A stretch of DNA of 63,498 bases, the filler included, from Octopus bimaculoides (taxonomy: Eukaryota), in assembly GCF_001194135.2 (NCBI RefSeq). It is 4 parts of 4 records of this genome, joined end to end, with 100 filler letters (N's around TTAATTAATTAA, not from the genome) between each part and the next. Parts side by side here need not be neighbours in the genome. Positions count along the whole stretch, not along the records: positions 38,492 to 63,498 come from NC_068990.1; 3 more parts are not named here. One strand, 5' to 3'. The translations under genes and the position numbers were made by a program. Position 1 is the stretch's first letter, and the number at the start of each line of letters is the position of its first letter. The notes beneath the pieces were generated by a model. It was not told the origin of the DNA and ran no database searches. It saw only the letters and a list, made by a program, of their open reading frames with translations. Shown here piece by piece: positions 52,990 through 63,498 of the stretch.

Positions 52990-53710
52990 TGCCCAAGAGG
53001 CCACTAAGTGACACCGACCTCGGAATAACTTTATTTGAAAATCGAGCGTCTTAAGACATAACCGTATCTGTGGCAGAACGATTTGCATTTTATTAAATAA
53101 TCTTGTGATGGAAGCCTATTTTAGAATTTAAAGCTGTCTAACAGAAATATAATTGAATATAAGCGTTTCCCAGTAAAATTGCAAGCAGACTGTGTTATGT
53201 CATCGACATTGTCCAATGGGAAAATGCTTATTTCTTGAATGACTGGGTTACTCCGTTATAAATATGTACGATGTGTAGTCAGAACTAAATGCTATTGTTT
53301 GTTTAGATCTAAGTCGTTTTTGACCGAGTAGCCATATCAATCAGGAGTATCCCATCTCTCATCCCAACATAATGTGTATACACAGGACTGCACCGTCCAA
53401 CATATACTTCCATCATTAACACTTCAGAGAGTCATTTGAAGGAAATTTGGCTATTAATAATTGCAACTCAATCAACTGTGTAAAGGCTTCCGTAGTGATT
53501 CAGCAGTTAAAAGTTTTATGAAATGCGAAATTGAATAATTAACGTGTTTTTCGTCAGTAATAACTAATTGTGTTAATTTCATGACTAATGGTTTGGAAAA
53601 CGTAATAGGAACTTCAACAATGTATTCTTCCTCAACTGGGCTTTTAAGTGTTTTATGTTCAAGGTGATAAGTAGATGTCAAGGACGAAAAGGAAGATGCT
53701 ATAAGCACTT
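52990..53710 (-). mobile_element. Possible hAT transposase N-terminal relic (BED-finger end)
   Basis: SSLTSTYHLEHK, KLTQLVITDEKHVNY..FIKLL, CKSFCH. Weak, but in the same orientation as the 51330 piece. Confidence 0.3.
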
Positions 53711-54669
53711 AGTGTGTAGTTTTTAAACTATAACATATGTTCGGATGAGGAATAGCCTGTTACTGTCATGTTAACAAAATATATACTGTACCACAATCGA
53801 GTGCTCGGGGATTAAACTCTCAACGCCATACAGCTTATGTGGGATCCAGGTCAGGGCAGGTATGGGAGAATGTGCTGTTACAGGGAATCGCTGTATACAC
53901 CGTTTGTCGGTCTCTGCACAGGTCGTCCCGGGCAACCTTCTGAGCTTTGTTCTAGTCATTTCCCATTTCCCCAAAATACTTCCTTATCCACCGCGATCAT
54001 GAGGTATGTTGCTATCCAACACAAACCAACACCCTACCCCCGGGCCCCTCAGTGAAGAGAACACGGTACGCAGAATCCAACCCGGAAAATAGAGCAGCAT
54101 GACCAAATCGTCTGAAATGATGCTCCAGAATTAAATAAGAAACAGGACACGTTCCAGCATCCGAGTATTATCGTTTGTTGGACCCATGGAAGCCCATAAT
54201 CTTGCGAAGCGTGCAAGACTGTTAAAAATAAAACCCCATCTGTCAAGGACGTAGGGGACTGTTAATGATTAGCCAATCCTGGACAGGAGACAAAGACCTC
54301 AAAGTTATTTGCCTACAACAATGCTTCCTTGCTTCGATTTTCATCTTAGATTTGGCCTTCCAAGACAATGAATTTTGATTGACTTTAATAATATTTTATG
54401 AACACATAAACAAGAGGAAAATGAATAAGACTTAATGGATTGCGAATTTCTATCAGAGTCACATGGTACGAGATAATGGTTGATTATATTGAGTTCAATA
54501 TTTATCTTATTGACACCCATATGTATGATGAGTTAAGTGGCGTAAGGATTCCAACTCACACAGTTAAACTGTCTGACGCTATACAAATTTGTTCTCTACA
54601 AAATTATAAAGTAACCCATCAGATTAATGTATAACTGTTTTTTATTATAACTGATCATAAAAACAAACA

Positions 54670-54724
<55 letters not shown>

Positions 54725-54736
54725 CCACACACACAC

Positions 54737-54774
<38 letters not shown>

Positions 54775-55112
54775 CTAAATGTAAGATCCAAAGATCGAGG
54801 TGTAGAAAGATGGTAGAAAGATGTAGAAAATATAAAAAAACAACTTTCAGAACAATAGTGGCAAGCTGGAAAAAATGTTCCCGCTAGGTAGGCAGAGTTG
54901 CCAGGTATGCGAATAAAATACACCAGTTAAGGAATGGAGTAGATAATATCCTTGCTACATATATTTCATAGCGAGCGGAACCTCGGAAGTGGTAAATATT
55001 CAACTGAGGTGTATACTGCAGGCTACTCTCCAGGCCAAGGGAAGCTTGATTAAATGAAGTTTACATTATCGTAAGGAGGCACATGTCAACACACTCACGA
55101 TTCAATCAGAAT

Positions 55113-55170
55113 GTGTAGAGAGCACGGTTAGAGTGGAGCATAATCTCCACTCTAACCGTGCTCTCCACAC
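55113..55170. other. Near-perfect 26-bp hairpin with 6-nt loop
   Basis: gtgtagagagcacggttagagtggag-cataat-ctccactctaaccgtgctctccacac: 25 of 26 pairs. A partial duplicate of the 3' arm follows at 55171-55190. Confidence 0.85.
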
Positions 55171-55611
55171 TAACTGTGCTCTCTACATATTCTAATCGAA
55201 TCATCCGCGTTTTCACACGTACCTCCTTACGACAATGTAAACTTCATTTAATCAAGATACCGTTGGCCTCAAGAGCAGCCTGCGGTATACACCTCGCTTC
55301 GGTATACACCTCGCTTCGGTATTTAACGTCTCCGAGGCTCCGCTCGCTATGAAACATATGTAGTCCGGATATTATCTACTTCATTCCTTAACTCTTGCGT
55401 GTGTGTGTATGAGTGTATGTGTATATTTGTGTTTGACAAATTTCGTTAGTTTGCTTAGTCTCCGCAACCAAGCGGTTAGACCAAAGAGACCAATAAAATA
55501 AGTAACGAACTCTAACAATAAGTTCTGGCTCGGTTTGTTCAACTATAACCTTCAAGGCAGTGCCACATCATGGTTATGTGTTTATGTGTGTGTGTGTATG
55601 TATGTTTGCAA

Positions 55612-55915
55612 ACCCACGTGACATAGTGTTTATGGTGTTGCACCCCTGATCGCAAAGTCGTCATTTCGATTTCCGGACAAAGCAGTGCGTGTTTCTTTTA
55701 GTAAAAAATAAATAAAAATTAAAAAAACATCATTTCGGACATGTTCCATTCCATTCAGCTTTAAATGGGAACCTTGCAACAGTCCGGCCTTCCTTTCAAT
55801 CAGGAATGTTAGCGTGCCTGCCTATTCAGCAGGGTGGCACCATTCGAATGCCACAACAATGCGAAGAAGCGCATTGTGACCAGCGGTGTATAACAATATT
55901 CAATACTGCGAGCAA
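55612..55915 (+). mobile_element. Old tRNA-headed SINE relic
   Basis: gtgacatagtgttt..tttcgatttcc head-like segment; cattcagctttaaatgggaacc core-like segment; gcattgtgaccagcg 3' part. Confidence 0.45.
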
Positions 55916-57260
55916 TATGGTGTATGTGTGTATGTATGTGTATGTGTGTGTGTGCACGTATTGTAGATTTTCCACTCAAACCCAAACTTTATAGCTTTCT
56001 CTCATATTTTTATATCGATGTGTGAAATTATACGTGAGTAGAGGCCATGTTCCATAAGAATCTGTTCGGATCCTAACAGCGGTTTAATATAAGCCGCCTG
56101 AGTATGCGATCCTGCATAGCCAAGAGATCGAACAACGTACACATATACAAGTTTACATATACCGCAAGAAAAAAACACGAATCTGAAGGTGTTGCTATGT
56201 TGTCTCCAATATCGGAAATGTCTGATAGCTTTACTCGTCTCTGAGAAGTGATTCACACTTTTACAGCTATACAGCCATGCCAATGATTATCCTGTCAGTT
56301 TTATTTGTTCTTCATCTTCTAGTTTTTGATTAAAAACAAAATGGTTAGCGTTATAGACATATGAACGCAATCCGGAAACAATGATTCTATCACGTATGGT
56401 TGTTTTACATCTCCATCAATTTATTAGCAACTTAACTAACCATATACAAAGACAAAGAGGAAAATAAACCGTCATAAAATGCAGCAATTAGAATGTAGGA
56501 TTTGTTAGCTATGGTATAAACAAGAGTTATCAGCTTGTTATCCACCGTTCAAGTAACGAGGTAGCGATTATATGGTCACATGGCCGGCTACATAGAGCAG
56601 CCACGTATCAATAAAATCCTTGAATAATATAATACTTAATGGTCTTCATTTTGGCTTTTAGATTTCTCTGTTGTATGTCAGTTTACCACTACCACCTGAG
56701 TCTTGGATACCTATTAGCATAGTCCATTTTGATGTAAGCATTCAGTCCAGCTCTCCGAATGGAGGAAGACTTCCTTCTTTCTTTCTACTTGTCTGGAATG
56801 CCCAGAAAATTATATTATGATAAATGTTGGGTCTTATTTAAAAAAAACAAAACAAAAAAACATCGTTATATTCAAATGTAACTCATAGTCTTTGTCTTAA
56901 AATTGGAATCACACAAAAAAAATTGCATTGCCATCGTTCGAAGACACAAATATACCGTACAATTAACATAATTAGCATATTAATTGTTGTAATGATGAGC
57001 TATTGAAATAAATAATAGTTTGTGATATCAAATTATCGACATAATACCTTATTCTACATACCTCAATCCATATATGCACCGGAAACAGACTACTTGGGAA
57101 TATTATTTGTGACAAATTGGTGGTGTAATATCCAATGATGTTTGCATTTCTCATCTTTCGTTTGAAAAAATTCTTTCTTTTGAAAAATGTGACATAATCA
57201 CTGCTTTTGAGTGTTTTTGGTATCTGGATGTATAAGAGGGAAAGAAATTACAGATTGTTA

Positions 57261-57763
57261 CTTGGTTGAGTAAAAAGTTCGTGCGCCGTGTTAAAACAAT
57301 CATTTTTTAATGCAAGAATTTATTCAAAGACAGCAACAACTATTCTTCAAATTAAAGACCATTATGTTCCATGACCTTCTGCCAACGATCTGCAAGCTTT
57401 CGAAAAATTCTTGACAGGCTTCTTCAACTTCATCCAATGACTCAATTCGGCAACCTTTCATAAAGGGCTGCATTGATCGGAAGAGACCGTAGTCACATGG
57501 AGCAACGTCTGGACTATAGGCTGGATGCGGCAAAACTTCTACACCATCCAATTCTTCAATCTTGTTGTTAGTATTTCTGGCGGTATGCAGCTTTGCATTG
57601 TCATGTTGAAACAAAGCGCGTTTTCGACGAACAAGTCTTGGGTACTTTTCAACAGTGAGTCACCATTGAACATGACATGAACTGGTTGAACACACATCTC
57701 AAAAATATATATAAAAAAAAAGCATTATTTTAACACGGCGCATGAATTTTTTCCTCAACCTAA
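57261..57763 (-). mobile_element. Internally deleted mariner element with both TIRs and TA duplications
   Basis: TIRs TA|cttggttgagtaaaaagttcgtgcgccgtgttaaaa and ttttaacacggcgcatgaattttttcctcaacctaa|TA; minus ORF HDNAKLHTA..LPHPAYSPDVAPCDYGLFRSM. Confidence 0.92.
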
Positions 57764-57899
57764 TATTTGCTGTTTTTAATATAGGTACAAGGAGTAAAAT
57801 TGTTAGTCAATCTAATCGACTTCAGTGCTTGGCGGGAATATTACTTCATCGACCACACTTACAGACGCAGTCACGCACGCGTGCGCACACACACGTATG

Positions 57900-58072
57900 T
57901 GTATGTGTGTTTGTGTCAGTGTTTCCCCCCGCACCATTTGACAACCGCTGTCGGTGAGCTTGTGTCCCCGAAATCTAGCGGTTTGGCAAAAGATGATAAA
58001 ATAAGTACCAGTCTTAAAATAAAAGTGCTGGGGTCGATCCATTCGACTAAAATGTATAACGACTGAAACAAA
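57900..58072 (+). mobile_element. SINE family A 3' half, diverged
   Basis: ttgacaaccgctgtcggtg..ctagcggtttggcaaaaga..ggggtcgatccattcgactaaa..gactgaaacaa. Confidence 0.7.
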
Positions 58073-60927
58073 TAATCGTGAAATACCAAGTTAGACTCAC
58101 CTCTGTTCTTCAGTATGGACAAATGCACGCAATCATAAATTGATTTCTCACTTGATATATCATAATGTGTTTAGGTTTTAGGGTACCTGAATTCAATGCA
58201 ATTCGTGAGGTTTATAATTTCCGAGAACTTCTCTGTACCAAATCTTGTTTCTCTAGATTTGCAGCGCACAGTAATGTCCCATCTTCTGTTTTGCTTCTCG
58301 AAAAGAGATTGATTGACTGCAGAGGCGGGGTGGGGGTGGCGTGAGGAGAGCAAATTAAACATCAAACACAGCTATATCATTTGTCAGGAACCGTCTTTGA
58401 AGAAAGCTGTAGACACTAGCTTTATAATCATCGTTATATTAAGAATTCCTGATCACTATTACTGTTCTGTGTAAGGAACATAATTTTGAGATGGTTACGG
58501 GGATGCATAGCAACACAACAACAACAAGAACACAACAACAACAACAACAAGAACACAACAACACCACCTTATTATAACCATAACAATTTCTTTATAAAGT
58601 CAATTCTTTTCACAACACCAAAATAGTCACTACACATGTAAAAGAATTCTTTTCTTTACATGACAAATATATTTACGAAGAAAACAGTTGAAATACTCTT
58701 CCACAATTGTCTCTTCTGAAATTCCTGATGTTATTACATAGAAACCACATCTACAACATTGCTGAAGTTACTCCCAAGTATTTAGGCTTTCTTCCTCATG
58801 CTAAAACCTTCTTCCGCTCTCGGTATTTTCTTGTAATCACCAAACCACAATTGGAACATAGAGTAGCACAGCTGCCATATAGGTAAATAGTTTAGACTGC
58901 ATATGAAACAAAAATGCATCTACTTAATCGGCAAAGAATCATTCATCATCTCGCTACGACCACCAATCCACTGACGAGTTGAATCCGCTCCCCGTCTCTT
59001 GTTGCTCTATCATAGATATTTCTGCTATCTATCTAGTTTGACATAATCTTTTAATGTCATTGTTTACAGTTACACTTATGCAATGATTATACCACTCGTA
59101 AGACATTATAGCAGTGTTTTACTACCATTTTGTGGTACTGAAGGCCTTCGGACCAAACCTTATCGGTTATTTCCCTACACTCAAGAACTTATTTAATGAA
59201 AAATTGGCGTATTTGAATCAAAGAATATTGAACACTCAGTTTTATTATTTTTTTTTGGTAATCATAGAGTTGGTGAAATGTGCTTTGAAATATGAAATAA
59301 ACAATGTAAAAAAATACTGACGTGACGCCGCCGCCGCCGCCGCTGCCGATGACGACGACGATGAATACGACGACGATGGAAATGGTAACGATGGAAGGAC
59401 AGTAATAAGCATGCAACAGCTGAACTAGAATCCATAGTAACAACGAAGCTGAAGATCATTTTCACGAAAGAAAATCAATATTTCATTGTTGTTATTGTTG
59501 TTGCTGGTGTTGCTGTTGTAATTGTTTTTGTTGCTGTTGCTGTTGTTTTTGTTTGCATTTTCCTTCTCCTCTTCCTTATCATTATAGTCATTATCATTGT
59601 CCACTTCTGTTGGAAAGCGAAGAAAATTTAAGAGAGAAAATTCTCAGGACAATATACATTAATATTAATTTACCCAGTTAATGAGCTTGAACCTTGGCCA
59701 GTCTTACAATGCAAGATTGTGTTCAATGATTGAATATACCATGCGATGCTATTGCTCTCTCTATTGGTTGGAAACCTTCAAAACTCAGTACATCTAACCT
59801 ACTATATCTAGCAGTGAGAGAAGTAATGACGTAAACACAGTTGCATATGCATCCACATAGAACCCATTGATAATGATATCTAATTAGGCATGGGAACCAA
59901 TGCCGACTGAGACTTTAACATGCCAATCAATTATTTGAAGAGTCAATGGTTTGTATTTCGCCTCTGTACATTGTGTAAGACAACAAACGCAGCAGCAAAT
60001 AAAAACGAAAACAAAAAATTTAAAACAAAAATATACAACGAATAAATGTCTATCGCAATATCCCCGTCTACGTAACTGTAAATAAATGTCATAGTTGATG
60101 CCCATGAATTGAACAAGGCCGTGCCTTCTCTCCTCTGAGTAAGGCCATAGCAGCATATCTCATTTATTATTTCACTATAAAGTTGCTAGCGACAATAACT
60201 AACAGTTTACACCAGTAGGAATAATGGCAGAGGCTTCACAAATCGTAGTGATCGGCTGTAGCAGTACAATTAGCAACAAGAGAAGGGTTCCGACTTACAA
60301 CTTACAGTTGTTCTGTTATTGGAAGTTGATTTGTATTCAATTGTATAAACTCCAAAAATTCAACAGATCTACTGGTGTTCCACTATTGCCTTGCATTGTT
60401 ATGATTTAATGATAGATTCTCATTCAAACTAAATTATAGTCTTGAGCAAACCTATGAAGAAGCAGTTATTGTTTTAGAAAATGAAAGCAAAATTCGAAAA
60501 CTTACGAATATTTGAATGATTCAATTAATTTCCCTACGTCTACGTGTCAAGAGACTGTAAATTTCTCCTCTACATTCTGTTTTTACTGAAATGAAATTTA
60601 TCTTTATATATAATTTGAAATGCTTTGATTCTATCAAGAACAATAGTCTAGCATAAACATTATCTTTAATACAAACTATATAATTCTTAGTAGGTCGTTA
60701 GGTTATATTGTTATTTATTTATTAGTTATTTATGTTTGATCTGAATGACATCGGAAAAATTTGCTGCTCGCTGTCACGATCGAAATATATTTGTCTGGCC
60801 CGTTAATTTAAATAAATTGAAGTAAAACATCACGTGAGTTGTGAAGAAAATCATTCATCACTGCGTCTGTGCAGCAAAACAGCGACACAACAAAAGATAT
60901 TTATAACAGTAACTTAGAGTTATTACA

Positions 60928-60991
<64 letters not shown>

Positions 60992-61335
60992 GAAGAAGAA
61001 GAAGAAGAAGAACAATAGCAACAATAAAATACGAACAAAAAGGTTAGTTGTTTCATTCAATAGAGACTGGAAGTTGTGAAAAACAAGATGGTAGAGTCAG
61101 ATCTATAAAATATAAGGTATTGAAATACTTCGATTAACATCTTATCTACGCAATTCTTGAACAGAATCTCCATTTAATATACTAAAAATCTCTAATGAGT
61201 TAAGAAAAATGAGTTAAGAAAAAAGTATACAGCTGTAGTTGATCTGGTTTATAAAACTAGCTCAAGAAAAGCAATGGGCAGATTCACATTTATAGTATTC
61301 ACACACGAAGCAAAATGTATTCAGGTGGCAAGAAC

Positions 61336-61377
<42 letters not shown>

Positions 61378-61879
61378 GATAACTGCGAAACTCGCCCTAT
61401 TATAGTCTCTCTTATAGATGTACAGCGTTAAAAGCATAAAAGATATATCAGTACATAAGGACAAAATCCATTGTTAGTGATATAATGAAACTGATTAGAA
61501 AATCATCCATTTTGCAATTAGCCGGCAGGCGGTTGCTAGTGAATATATGCTGTTGATGAAGCCCAATATGCAGAAATGCACACTTAACAATACCACTGCC
61601 ACTGCTTTATGATGTCTACCTGCTAATTTTGAATTTTTGCGTTTTTAACACTGAACCTTTAGAGAAGAAACTATCACAGGACAAATACCGTAGTTAATTT
61701 GACTCACAGTGTCTCAATGATATATCTACCTTAAGTACGAATCAGAGATTGCTATTACAGGTCGCACATAAGCTAAACACATATATACATAAATACACCA
61801 CCCCATATATATATTTATATANNNNNNNNNNNNNNNNNNNNNNNNNNNNNNNNNNNNNNNNNNNNNNNNNNNNNNNNNN

Positions 61880-61917
<38 letters not shown>

Positions 61918-63004
61918 ATAAGAAATACAAACGAAAACATAGATAGGAGAACCGAGATGCATAAATTAGAATAAAATAAGTTTAAACTATGATCAATTAT
62001 GAAATGTAAAATGATGGTAAACAAAACAAATAGTAATTCAGAGTAAAAGTAATAAAATAATATTAAAGTAAATTAAAAATTATTAAGATATTAAAACAAT
62101 GACGAAGCAATATAATTAAATCAAAATATTCTGTCGTGCATTATACGTATTTTAATCCCTTTCAACAGATTATTTGTATTACTATCTCTATTTCATTTGG
62201 AATTGTCTCTATGACTTGTGTAATTTGATTTTTCTTGAAACGTAACCGTACACTATATTTATTCAGTATAGAAGCATTTCTATAAGTTCTACAGAAGTCA
62301 TCCCCATAATGGATAAACATTTTTGGTTTTTGTTCTGTTTAATAGTGAAGTGCATTTCGTTCTCATTATCTTTAGTGTTTCTCGTCTACAAAGAATCAAT
62401 ATTTCCTATAGAATTTAAGATAGACGATTCTAAATTATAACTTACGCCCACGAAAGTTAGACTAAGTATATGTTCAGGGAGAATTCTTCAGTTTTTCATT
62501 TTCGAATTCTTAGCGTTTACATTCGAGAACGAGTTAGAGTAAAAATCATATCTTTTATAAAATTCTTCATTATATCCTATATAACAATTGGATTAATTAT
62601 GATTTCGTACAATATATTAGTATACATCAATGTTACTCTTATAACTACACTGTCAGTTACACTTTAGTGGGCAAGTATCAATTACTCTACAGACACAATG
62701 AAATTTATTGGATTATTATTGAAATTATTGGACGTATTGAACTTATTGGATTATTATTAAAAAACATGATGTTACATAGTTTTCGAATCTATAGAGTCTG
62801 GAGACATCAAATTGAATTATTGTTTATGTATTTACTGCTAGAAATACCTTTGATATTATTATAACCAAACACTGATTGGCTATTTCACTGATTACTAGTT
62901 GTAATGCTTATGGACAAAATTCCTTTAGAGACCAGTCGAGTATCCCAACTGTTGTATCAGGTTGGTTACTACAAATGCATTGTGAGCTATCATTTTGTGG
63001 ATAG

Positions 63005-63036
63005 AGGAAGATTCCGATTTCGATTCGAAGCAGTGA

Positions 63037-63101
<65 letters not shown>

Positions 63102-63168
63102 CCGGGGAAGTTTAACAGAACAGAACACCGGGGAAGTTTAACAAACAGAACACCGGGGAAGTTTAACA
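63005..63168 (+). repeat. Family D head remnant + (AAT)n followed by a 25-26 bp tandem repeat (about 3 copies)
   Basis: aagattccgatttcgattc..gcagtgacctgaataat matches the D head end; aacaccggggaagtttaaca at 63098, 63124 and 63149. Confidence 0.7.
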
Positions 63169-63243
63169 TGTGAGTACGATAAATCACTGCTCCGAAACTT
63201 ATCCAAAAACATCGGAAATAAAGACATCGCATGGAGCCCAAAT

Positions 63244-63498
63244 ATAGCTGACAAAGGGTTGGACTATACCCGAGTAAGTAATACTCATTGAAATTTATTC
63301 CTATTTTTCCAAATATAATGATGTATTTTAACTTGATACCTCCACTACCCGAACAGCGATCGTAAACACACGTGTTACATCAAAATACAGACCATCCCCA
63401 AACCCAAACACCATATACAAAAAATAGCTGACAAAGGGTTGGACTATATCCGAGTAAGTAATACTCATTGAAATTTATCTCTATTTTTACAAATATAA
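63244..63498 (+). repeat. 180-bp-period direct repeat running off the window end
   Basis: atagctgacaaagggttggactatacccgagtaagtaatactcattgaaatttat.. at 63244 and again at 63424. Confidence 0.85.

Noticed and set aside
53830-54250. Possible LINE endonuclease start (IILGCWNV) on the minus strand
   Set aside because: Only one short motif; the downstream APE motifs are not convincing.
59189-59465. Hydrophobic or Arg-rich short ORFs and nearby CCAAT/half-CRE motifs (59760-59835)
   Set aside because: The ORFs are driven by (GCC)/(GAC) repeats, and the motifs are too short to support a promoter alone.
62667-62864. YRHNEIYW resembling the R4 post-zinc-knuckle RHN motif
   Set aside because: No upstream CxxC; AT-rich chance similarity is likely.
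63098-63168. CRISPR-like short direct repeats (also 36725-36781, 38967-39032, 55283-55316)
   Set aside because: They are tandem units with no unique spacers, no cas genes and a eukaryotic context.
63247-63290. Canonical hammerhead call for the 180-bp repeat
   Set aside because: It violates G8, A14 and A15.1 and has no stem I; kept only as a speculative finding.

Overview
AT-rich eukaryotic non-genic DNA (intergenic or intronic), about 15% N-gaps, dense in microsatellites and transposable-element relics. The repeat repertoire of tRNA-headed SINEs with internal microsatellites resembles an Octopus draft genome; this is an inference, not checked by search. I found no host protein-coding gene, tRNA/rRNA gene or CRISPR array. 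Nearly all long ORFs in the track come from microsatellites or N-runs. Real coding remnants are all decayed transposons: L1/Tx1-clade LINE ORF2 ends, tandem R4/Dong-clade relics, a CR1-like RT, mariner, Tigger/pogo, and weaker hAT and Helitron traces. The most interesting element, which I call family D, is a multi-copy non-autonomous retroelement built as tRNA-like Pol III head + (AAT)n + a Penelope-type minimal type I hammerhead ribozyme. It recurs in inverted or foldback pairs and looks like a SINE/retrozyme hybrid. Also notable: a 3' tail shared by Tx1 LINEs, a SINE variant and a single-ORF element; modular shuffling of SINE heads, cores and tails; a triple-CRE + ETS cluster; and a near-perfect 26-bp hairpin. 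Family letters are my own labels. Boundaries of decayed elements are approximate (tens of bp).
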